49,783 nt of DNA from Cladosporium halotolerans. Its lineage: Eukaryota. Position numbers and translations under genes: made by a program. Below the pieces are notes generated by a model. It saw only the letters and a program-made list of their open reading frames with translations. It was not told the DNA's origin and ran no database searches. The stretch covers positions 1 through 49,783 of the forward strand of contig NW_027191516.1 of NCBI RefSeq assembly GCF_011745625.1, given 5' to 3'. Below are positions 23,330-32,449 of this stretch, piece by piece (within the stretch, counting starts at the first letter, position 1; every line of letters begins with the position of its first letter).

Positions 23330-25740
23330 CAGAGCTCGAGCAACCCGAACCCTGTGTTCGTTAACTCTGATAGCTCTGCAGCATAATTGCAACGACGCAG
23401 CAGAATCGACGGTGGCCGCTCTGGAGGCAGCCATCGGGAGGAGTGCCGAAGTAGCCTGCTTACATCGACCCTGCGTTGGGACAAAGTATCGATGTGTCAT
23501 CCAGAGTTTCGAATGCGATGCCGTCAACGTTCGAATCCAGAAATGCGAGTCGCTCTGGCGCCCTGTAGCGACGCGTTGGATCGAAAAGTGCTGGAAAGGA
23601 CAGACAGATTTTGTAGACGGCCCCCGCACCTGTAGTGTCTCGATGTTTGGGCGACGTGCCAGCTGAGGAAGCTAAGGAGAACGAGACTGGTCAACTTTTA
23701 TGAGAAGGGCGAGAGTCGAAGGCGCTGCATATAACATCGACCATGTGGATTTATCCAAGTTGATTAACGGGATAACGACCTTCGCATGTGACTTCAACAA
23801 TCGCAGTCCAGCCCGGGACATGGGTAGAAGGACGGCAGAATGCGGGAGCAACAGAGCGCCTGGACGAGATATACAGCCTCGCTGTCAGCAACGACGACCA
23901 CGAACCTTCGAGACGCGGAAATATTGCAGTTGCATCATCGATTTGACCCTGAGCACACGCGTGATGCGAATAGTCGTCAGCTAGGAGATGGATGAAGGAC
24001 TGGCGACAGCGTCTGACCACAACATACTCGTCTTCTCGTGGCTGCCGCTTTGTGCCACCAGATATAGGACAGGAGCGGGAGCAGCACCTGGCGGAAGTAT
24101 CAATTGGCTTTGCGCAGACGAACAAGCTGTGAAGGCGGCTGGTGAGCACTGTCATGAGCTCAGTACCCGCAGAGCGCCCCTGAGCGATCACGCCGCAACT
24201 GCTGAGCTAGAAGTCCAAGCAGGCTGGTTCCAAGATAGCATCAGAGCGGTGTTAGGCAGACACGCGCACATGAGATCGCTGAGAGCGCGCGCTCGAAGCT
24301 GTGGTGTACGGGTGACGTAAAACAATAGATACGGCTGTTCTCACATGCGAGACGTGAGCACAACGCCCGGCCGGCTTTGTTTCGACGATTACCGGAACGT
24401 GAGAGGTGGCTACTGCCGCTACTTAAAAAAAGCAAAGCGGTATTACCGAACGACGACCATGTGAGACTGACTCGGCAACACAAAGATCCAAAATCGTCGT
24501 GCACCCGGGCAATCAAGATCGGGGTTGCGCATGGGCGGCCTGACAGAGTAGCGGCGACAGCCAAGGAGAAAGAAGAAATTTTCCTGGCGTAAGCCTCCCC
24601 ACCACAAGCTAGGGGCGAGAGGGTGTCAAGTCCAGAAATCACAGTGAACCTGAGCGCAGGTGAAATTCGAGAACCTCGGAGCCCTGTCTGCACATTCTAT
24701 CGAAAAGCCCCTGCCGTGGACGGTATTGGCTTCGAGACGCTTAGGCTGCTCTGGCCTTAGAAAGAGGACCGAATCGTAGCCTTCGTCCATGGACGCATCA
24801 GAACGGGAGATCACCCGTGTGTTTGGAAGACAGTTTAAGGAGTACTGTTGCGTAAACAGGGCAAGCCTACTTACACCGTCGCGAAGGCATACCGAGTCAT
24901 CGGCTTGCTCAGCTAGGGAAAGTGGTAGAAAGGGTGATCGCTACGTAGGTCGCTCCTTCTGTGAGACAAATGCAATTTTCTGTCAAAGGCGGTTTAGCTA
25001 CCGTCGATCGAAGGAGGGGCACATCAGATGCGGTCTCACAGGTCATCGCAGAAGTGAAAACTGCCTGAAAACAGAAGCGGATCAGACTTGCTTCTATTTT
25101 TAAATGTCAAAGGCGCCTTCGACAGAGTTGACAGAAGGGCGTTATTTCTGCGCATAGGACAATTCGGCGTGGCTGGCAACATTGTGCGCCGAACAAACTC
25201 ATTCATGTCGGATCGACAGGCCAAGCTGATGATCGACGGGAGAGCGAGCGAGACTCACAGCATTCAAGCAGGTCTGCCACAAGGCTCATCGGTTGTCGCA
25301 GGTGCTCTTCACGGCCAAACCAGATATCCGGTACGAGCACTCAGTGCGGACGGAGATCACCCAACGCATCGCCTCTTACCCGCCCACTTCCGTTACGGCG
25401 GACTTTATCGAAATGGGGGAGCGACTGGCCGACCATCAAGCATTGGCTGGATGAGGCCAGAGAAGGCGCATCGATTGTTCGGTAGCAGACTACCTCAGCA
25501 AATCGTCAGGCCCGTCAACGATGATACCGAATATGGCTTTGAGCTTTTCTGCAAGGCAGCCTCATCGGGAACAACCCCGGTCATCCGACCATACGGCTAG
25601 GCGCAGATGCCGAAGTCAATGCTACCTGAGCACTCTCAGCAGATCACACTAATCGTGAGCGAAGTCAAGCCTGGCAGATCCGGTGCAGCAGTTGCTTGTA
25701 GAGAGAACGAAACAACTGTAAGACAGAAGCAGTATCGCTG
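23330..25740 (+). mobile_element. Heavily degenerate LINE C-family ORF2 copy with internal deletion
   Basis: Remnants LQHNCN..STVAALEAAI, IDHVDLSKLI, ATASDHNILVF, LNVKGAFDRV, IQAGLPQGS and WMRPEKAHR match LINE C. There are many stops and frameshifts, and the RT core after QGS is deleted. Confidence 0.85.
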
Positions 25741-25769
25741 AGCAGGCGAGTGAGTTAACCGCCGCCAAC

Positions 25770-26470
25770 GGCTATGAGATACAACACACGCGCAGCGTCA
25801 AGATCCTAGGTTTGATTATAGATTCGCGAATGAGGAAAAAAAAATATACTGCCCATGCTGCAACGAGGAGCTTACGGGCGGCTATACCCCTAAAGTGGCT
25901 GCGAGGATCATCACCATCCGTAACACGCAAATTGGTCAACGCGACTGTAGTACCGGTCGTCGACTGCACATCTTTCGTGTAGATACATAGAAGAGGAGCC
26001 TAGGTAGAGAAGGTGTTCAAAAGAGTACAAGTGATTAGTCATCAGGCGGTAATCGAGTATTTTCGAATAGTAGATACGGCAGTAGTAGAGGTGGGAGCTA
26101 ATTTCCGCACAGGAAAAGAGCGGTATCTGAGAAAAGGACTGAAGATAAAGGACGACCTGTATAGTACGCCCGGAGCTTATCCTCTCGCACGATATATCAC
26201 GCCTTAGGCGCACCAGTTTCGTATCGCGTACATTGAAGATCGGCGAGTGTGCTCGAGCTGTACCTTTAGAAGAGTCAGAAGCAATCCTCCCGTCGAGTTT
26301 TGTAGGGTGCGCGACTGAATATATTTTAGTCAAAAGCCTAGACGACGGCGTACAGGCAGCCGTGCAAACCCAAGGGGCGAAGAGAACTTGCGTTGCCAAC
26401 AGCGCGTCCGCCAGAAACCAGATGGACGGTACTGGTGGAGAGTTCGGGGGCGTTCAATGTCGCCAGGGTC
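25770..26470 (+). mobile_element. Degenerate, RIP-like mutated LINE D-family fragment
   Basis: CAGCGTCAAGATCCTAGGTTTG and downstream sequence match the reverse complement of ~47600-48270, with many G-to-A changes that create TpA. Confidence 0.75.
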
Positions 26471-27553
26471 GTGGCAATGTAGAGAATCGCTGCTAGCCAA
26501 TGGCGGGATCCTCTACTTGCCCGCGAACGACCGAAGCGCTCTGGTCACACTTTGAGCATCCAATAATGCTCATGAAGGCAGGTGCTGTAGAACAACGCTA
26601 GAACTTGGCCGACAAAGGTAGAGCCCAGAAGCTTGCATCAGGTTGATGTGAATGGCATCTATCTGTGCGCACAAGATGCGTCAAACTATTTTCTCGAAGC
26701 CGATGCGATTCGCTCGGCCACCATATGAGTCGGTGGGGTCATCAGGATCTTCGGCCGGCAAGCATTGAGCCAATCTAACAGCCATCTGCAGCACATCAGA
26801 AAGTTCATGCTGCTATCCTGTAGCCTCTCTGGAGTCACTGCGTCAAGACCTACGTGAAGGTGTTCACTAGCAGGGCCACGCAAAATTCGCGATATGCGTA
26901 TCTCAAATGCTTGTGCCGGCATCGCGGTCAGCGTATGATGTGTTCCGCTTCCGAGTGTGCTCTATGTGAAGCCGATTCCACATTATCGAGCGGATGGGTT
27001 TCATCCGTCGCTGCCTCGAGATCGACTGGATGACCACATGCGTTCTTCGCACGCCTGTGTACCGTCTATGTGGAAGCTTGAAACAGAAGTGTAGATGTAG
27101 TGCAAGTAAAGACGCGACGTTGCAGCGAGATTTGCCAACATCATGGACGTGAGATTCGGGCATTTTGCATACCAGCTGAAGCTCGCATACTGGTCTCCTC
27201 CGCTGAGCGTTCTGTAAGGATGGATGAATGGAATTGGCTCCGCACGGCGCAACGGCCTGTTACACTGTTTTTCTCAGGTCAACAAACCTAACAAAATGGC
27301 GGAAGTCCTACTCTCTGCTTACCTTAATCATGAGATGCTATGAAAATCCTTGGTTTTTCGAATTGTCGGGAGGCAGATACGTAAAGAGGATGGTGTCCAT
27401 GTATCTCCTACTGAAGTAAGGACTATACATACAGCTGTCCTGAAGCAGTAGGTTGACCATCAGGCTACCTTGCCTCAGGCAGGGGCGGCTTGTCCGAAAT
27501 ATTGATGCTTTTTGATCACTAGCAATCAGTCGAGTGTCTACTCTAGCAGATCG

Positions 27554-27691
27554 TGTTGGACAAAGTGTGTGTGAGGAGGTGTATTGTATATCCTATCTAC
27601 TGCGGTAATGACTGACTATATGTAACCCACCTGAAACAGTAGCGTCGGCGGCAATGCAAGGATGCCTCAGGCAGGGACTACATTTCCAACA
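27554..27691 (-). repeat. Copia 3' LTR (138 bp)
   Basis: TGTTGGACAAAG...CATTTCCAACA. Differs from 31825-31962 at only two adjacent positions as read by eye. Confidence 0.95.
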
Positions 27692-27698
27692 CTCCCCC

Positions 27699-29432
27699 TT
27701 AGGACCTGTCCTGACAATCCTTCTCGTCTGGCCCAAGACCGCCTTTCTGGGTCTTATCCAGGAATCCTTGGAACTTCGTGGCTGGCAGTGCCTTCGTCAA
27801 GCAATCAGCGAGCATGCTCTCGCTTCCGACAAACTCGAGCTGGATCCGCTTCTTTCCGACCTCCTGGCGGACGAAGTGATACTGAATGTCGATGTGCTTG
27901 GTCCTTGTATGAAACTCAGGGTTCTTTGCCAACGCCATCGCTCCCTGATTGTCGGCCAAGACCCTTGTCGGCTCCGCTGCAGGAACGCCCAGTTCCCTCA
28001 GCAGCAGCCGAAGCCAGACAGCCTCCTTCGTTGCCTGCGTCAGCGCTATGTACTCGGCTTCACAGCTCGACAGCGCAACCGTGGCCTGTCTCTTCGAACA
28101 CCAGCTGATGGGTCCTCCGCCCATCATGAAGATGTACCCCGAGGTAGACCTCCTCGTCGCCGGATCACCTCCCCAATCGGCATCGGAATACCCCGTAAGC
28201 CCAGTCTTGCAGCTTCCCAGGGTGATTCCAAGGCTCTCCGTGCCGCGTAGATAGCGCATGATGCGCTTCACAGCTTTCCAGTGGCTGTCATCCGGACTCT
28301 GCGCGAACCGAGCCACCACAGAAAGCGCAAAGGCAATGTCGGGCCTCGTCGTGGTCATGAGATACATCAATGACCCCACTGCCGATTGGTACCGTGCCAC
28401 TTCTACCGGCGCTGCCGTCTTGTCCGATCGCTTTTTCAGCGATACTCCCCCTGCCTCCATAGGAGTAGCCGCTGGCTTAGCGTCGTCCAAGCCGAACTCC
28501 TTGAGGATCTTTCTGACGTATCCAGCCTGCGTCAGTGTGATCGTTCCTGCGACTCGGTCTCTTGTCACGACCATGCCCAGATAATGCCCGACGGGCCCAC
28601 AGTCTGTCATTGAAAACTTCTGATGGAGTGCCTCCTTCAGGTCTGAAATCGCGTGCTGGTCTTTCCCGACGATCAACAAATCGTCGACGTACACCGCCAC
28701 CACCAGGCCTTGAACCCCCCTCTGGGTAACAAAGACACTGTGATCGGCCTCCGTTCTGGAGAACCCCTGCGACTCCAAGAAACTCTGAAGCGTCTCGTAC
28801 CACATCCTTGGGGCTTGCTTCAGTCCATAAAGCCCCTTGTTCAGCCTACAGACTTTGCCGTCCTGGCCGTATCCGGTTGGCATCTTCACGTAGATCGTTT
28901 CGTCGATCTTCCCGTGCAAGAAAGCGGTCTTGACGTCCATTTGCTCTATCTCCAGATCGTGGATGGCCGCAAGCGCAAATATGGGCCGGAATGACACCGG
29001 CTTCACGACAGCCGCAAAAACTTCATCGTGGTCAATGCCCTCCCGCTGTTCGAAGCCTCTCACAACCCATCTGGCCTTGTGGCGGACGATCTCCCCCTGA
29101 GGTCCTCGCTTCAGCTTGTAAACCCATTTACCGCTCAGGACCTTCTCTCCGGGTGGCAGATCGACTACGTCCCACGTCTGGTTCTCAGAATGAGAGAGCA
29201 TCTCATCGTCCATGGCGCTCTGCCAAAGACCTTCTTCGGGCCCTTCGATGGCCTCTGCGTACGTCTTCGGCTCACACTCATCGTGCGCCGCAAGCACGTT
29301 CGCGTATCGTCTCGGAAGTCTCACAGATCGTCCCGATCTGGTTTTGCCCTTCCCTGGCTCTGGAAGATCTAACTCACGGGCCGCCTTGGGCGCCTGTGTC
29401 CGATCCCCCTGCTCTGAAATTTGTCTCTTCAC
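27699..29432 (-). CDS. Copia Pol, reverse transcriptase + RNase H part
   Basis: KARWVVRGF, QMDVKTAFL, LYGLKQAPR, YVDD, GYSDADW, SSCEAEY and ADCLTK motifs. Separated from the upstream ORF by one frameshift near 29430-29500. Confidence 0.93.
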   Translation of the reverse strand: MKRQISEQGDRTQAPKAARELDLPEPGKGKTRSGRSVRLPRRYANVLAAHDECEPKTYAEAIEGPEEGLWQSAMDDEMLSHSENQTWDVVDLPPGEKVLSGKWVYKLKRGPQGEIVRHKARWVVRGFEQREGIDHDEVFAAVVKPVSFRPIFALAAIHDLEIEQMDVKTAFLHGKIDETIYVKMPTGYGQDGKVCRLNKGLYGLKQAPRMWYETLQSFLESQGFSRTEADHSVFVTQRGVQGLVVAVYVDDLLIVGKDQHAISDLKEALHQKFSMTDCGPVGHYLGMVVTRDRVAGTITLTQAGYVRKILKEFGLDDAKPAATPMEAGGVSLKKRSDKTAAPVEVARYQSAVGSLMYLMTTTRPDIAFALSVVARFAQSPDDSHWKAVKRIMRYLRGTESLGITLGSCKTGLTGYSDADWGGDPATRRSTSGYIFMMGGGPISWCSKRQATVALSSCEAEYIALTQATKEAVWLRLLLRELGVPAAEPTRVLADNQGAMALAKNPEFHTRTKHIDIQYHFVRQEVGKKRIQLEFVGSESMLADCLTKALPATKFQGFLDKTQKGGLGPDEKDCQDRS

Positions 29433-29496
29433 ATGCTCTGCATTCCGCCCATCATCCTGACAGGAGCGCTCACGGGGCGCACTCTCTTCAGGCGGA

Positions 29497-31671
29497 CTAT
29501 GAATGCCCTGCGGAATCTCGTTTGCAAGCTTCTGACGGCTGCTCCGTCTCCCCTTGCCAGACCGAATCTGACGGGTCGACCGTCGGGAGTCTATCGATGC
29601 CTTCGTCGAATGTCACATCTTTAGCCCTCTCGACCTTTCTGATCTTCGGGTTCCAAACCCGGTATATGGAATCTCCCTCGTACCCAACAAGCCGGCACTT
29701 CGATGCCCGGTTGTCAAACTTGGCCGACTGACGGCGCCGCGCCTTGGGTAGTAGCGTATAAGTGACGCTCCCTACCGTCCGAAGGTGCCCCAAACTGGGC
29801 TTCGCGCCGACAAAGGCTTCGTACGGGGTCTTTCCAATCGCCTTGCTCGGACTTCTGTTCCTCAGATAGTTCGAGGTCATCACAAGCTCTGTCCACAGAG
29901 ACTTGTCCAGGCCACTGTCAGCTATCATAGCCCTGGCCTTGTCCGTGATCGTGCGCTGGGTTCTTTCGGCCAGGCCATTTTGCTCTGGCGAATAAGGCAC
30001 GGAGGGCTCCCACTGGATTCCCTTGTCTGCCATCCAGGCCTTCAACGGACCGTTGTCGTATTCCTTGCCGTTGTCAGATCGAATCCTCTTGATCCTGACA
30101 CCGCGCTGTGCTAGACACCATCCATAGAAATCCTTCAGCTTGGACATCAGCTGCGATTTCTCCTTGAGCACGTACACCCTCGACAGACGCGTGTAGTCGT
30201 CCACAAAGCTAACGTAATAGCGTGATCCGTCATACCCTGTCGGCGTAACCGGTCCCACAATATCGCTGTGGATAAGCTCAAAGACCCCCTTCGCTCTGCA
30301 GTCATCACTTGTCCTGTAGATCTTCTGAGACTTGCTGAGCGAGCATGATTCGCAATACGGGGTCTGCTGCTTCGCGTCTGTCAATTTCAACCCATCACTT
30401 AGCTCAGTGAGCCGCTTCACAGAATCATAGCACAGGTGACCCATCCTTCTGTGCCAGACATCCAACGATGTCGGACCAGGCGCAGCAAGCGCGACTGTCG
30501 CCATCGTCCTCCGTGCTCGAAGCATGAACAGCCCGCCCGCTGGCGGGGCATATCCAAGGGTCCTGCCATTCTGTCGGATAAGGTAGGTTCTCATGTCAAA
30601 AGTTACGTTTCCAAGGGACATCCTGTACCCGGATATGAGATTGGCAAACATTCCAGGCACATGCAGCACGTCCTTGAGGAACACAGTCCCCCTTTTCCCA
30701 TCCGGCAGTAGCGTTTCAATCTCTACCTGGCCTACGCCTTCAGCCTCAACGAATCCAGAGGCCGTCTGCAGTCGCTTCCGGGTCGACTCATAAGCAGTGA
30801 AAGCTTGCCGCGAATTGCATATGTGATCTGTACATCCCGTGTCGATGTACCAACGGTCTCTCCCTCCTTGTCCTATCGCCATAGTGCAAAATGCCCTGGA
30901 ATGGCGGTTCGCTTCCGTGTCAGTTGGCTTGTCTGCTCTGCAGCTCCTCTGCATGTGGCCAACCTTCCCGCAACGGTAGCACTTGCCCTTGAACGGCTCC
31001 TTAGTTTTGCCACTTGGCCTGCGGAGAGCCATTGCTGTCGAGTCCATATCGTCATGCACTCGACTCTCATCGATCAATTCTGCGATAACTTCATCCAGCT
31101 CGGGATCCTTCGTGCGCGCCGCCTGCCTCTTCGCCGTCGTCACATACGTCTCAAACGTAGGACCTAGATTGGCCAGCAGCACCGACGTGACAATCCAGTC
31201 ATCGATTCTCGAGCCCATGTTCGCAAGCTTCATCGTAGTCTGCTTGATGTGCTCCGTGTACTCCTCAATCGACTTGGTGTCCTCATACCGCACCGAGATC
31301 AAGCTCTTGAGAGCCAGGAACCGTGCATTGTATCCCCGCTCTTCATAGAGTCGTCTCAACTTGTCCCACATGCCCTTGGCAGTGAACTCGGCTTCGATGT
31401 ACCCTTTCGGTCCATCGTTGACGCTGAGAGCAATAGCAGCTCGTGCTCTATTGTTCTTCTTGTTCCATTCACGCAGACCCTTCTCGGCCTCAGCCTGCTC
31501 GGCTGAGCCTCGGTCGTACTCGGAACTTTCGGAAGGGCAGTCTTCGCTCCCATCCACGACCTCCCATAGGTCTTTGTTCATCAGCATGTACATGGCATTC
31601 GTTGCCCATGCTGAGTAGTTCGTCGCCCCGTTCAACTTGTCGAAGTTGAACGTGCTCGTGGTGGACGCCAT
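29497..31671 (-). CDS. Copia Gag-protease-integrase part
   Basis: Likely start MASTTSTFNFDKLNG at 31671. Zinc knuckle CYRCGKVGHMQRSC, protease IDTGC, integrase WHRRMGH..CESC, HSD, RSDNG and QNGLAER. Confidence 0.93.
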   Translation of the reverse strand: MASTTSTFNFDKLNGATNYSAWATNAMYMLMNKDLWEVVDGSEDCPSESSEYDRGSAEQAEAEKGLREWNKKNNRARAAIALSVNDGPKGYIEAEFTAKGMWDKLRRLYEERGYNARFLALKSLISVRYEDTKSIEEYTEHIKQTTMKLANMGSRIDDWIVTSVLLANLGPTFETYVTTAKRQAARTKDPELDEVIAELIDESRVHDDMDSTAMALRRPSGKTKEPFKGKCYRCGKVGHMQRSCRADKPTDTEANRHSRAFCTMAIGQGGRDRWYIDTGCTDHICNSRQAFTAYESTRKRLQTASGFVEAEGVGQVEIETLLPDGKRGTVFLKDVLHVPGMFANLISGYRMSLGNVTFDMRTYLIRQNGRTLGYAPPAGGLFMLRARRTMATVALAAPGPTSLDVWHRRMGHLCYDSVKRLTELSDGLKLTDAKQQTPYCESCSLSKSQKIYRTSDDCRAKGVFELIHSDIVGPVTPTGYDGSRYYVSFVDDYTRLSRVYVLKEKSQLMSKLKDFYGWCLAQRGVRIKRIRSDNGKEYDNGPLKAWMADKGIQWEPSVPYSPEQNGLAERTQRTITDKARAMIADSGLDKSLWTELVMTSNYLRNRSPSKAIGKTPYEAFVGAKPSLGHLRTVGSVTYTLLPKARRRQSAKFDNRASKCRLVGYEGDSIYRVWNPKIRKVERAKDVTFDEGIDRLPTVDPSDSVWQGETEQPSEACKRDSAGHS

Positions 31672-31824
31672 CGTGCTCCAGATCCCGACCGGTCGGATCC
31701 GCGCTGTCAGCCCCGATGCGACGTTCCAGACTACAATCCAGATCCCTACCAAGAATTCTGTCAGATCACAGAAGGGACACAAACCTCGCACAGTGCTTGT
31801 GCAGGCGCAGCCGGGCTCATAACC

Positions 31825-31962
31825 TGTTGGACAAAGTCCGTGTGAGGAGGTGTATTGTATATCCTATCTACTGCGGTAATGACTGACTATATGTAACCCA
31901 CCTGAAACAGTAGCGTCGGCGGCAATGCAAGGATGCCTCAGGCAGGGACTACATTTCCAACA
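31825..31962 (-). repeat. Copia 5' LTR (138 bp)
   Basis: Direct repeat of 27554-27691, adjacent to the PBS. Confidence 0.95.
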
Positions 31963-32019
31963 GAAGGGACTGCATCTCCAACACCATCGACCTCTGCCAA
32001 ACAGACAAACAAATCGAGG

Positions 32020-32420
32020 CGATTTCTCAGAAAAACAGACCAGACCCTTGATTTTAGGTAAGCAATTAACCATACCTCAAAATCCTGTTTATTTGTTTGA
32101 TGAACATCTTGCTGCAGATGTTCCCGACAGAACAGGGCGAGAAGTTTTTGATACCCAGCTGGCTGGAGGGACTCATGATGAAACAACCCCCCGTGAGCTT
32201 CGCAAATGCTCCCGCTCAGCGGACAACATCTCTCTGGATCCGATGGGCTTGAAGGAATGCTACAAGCCTCGCTGTCGCAGTCATGCACAGTATCGAATAT
32301 ACGGCCGGTCTCGTGGGTGAGATTTTGCCATTCGTTGGTGCCGTGCGTTCGAATCACAAGGTTTGCTCCTGTCACCACGCGCTCTGCTCCGCCGTTGTGC
32401 ATCCCGGCCTTCTCAGCTGT
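32020..32420 (-). pseudogene. Fungal ADAM (M12B/reprolysin) metalloprotease catalytic-domain remnant
   Basis: GANLVIRT..EWQNLTHETGRIFDTVHDCDS..C..CCPLS...C is a degenerate HExGHxxGxxHD. After a frameshift comes FIMSPSSQLGIKNFSPCSVGNICS (Met-turn and FSPCS). Confidence 0.8.
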
Positions 32421-32449
32421 CAAAGAATTAGGATCGTTGTTCTCCTACC

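Larger units (their letters stand above)
27554..31962 (-). mobile_element. Ty1/Copia LTR retrotransposon, nearly intact
   Basis: 138-bp TG...CA LTRs at both ends. PBS GGTTATGAGCCC (minus strand, 31813-31824) and PPT AAGGGGGAG (minus strand, 27692-27700). Domain order is gag-PR-IN-RT-RH. Confidence 0.97.

Noticed and set aside
26500..27550. Short ORFs left of the Copia element
   Set aside because: No recognisable domain or consistent exon structure.
29430..29500. Programmed frameshift in the Copia pol gene
   Set aside because: It falls in the variable integrase-RT linker, not at the gag/pol boundary, and there is no clear slippery site. More likely an indel or sequencing error.
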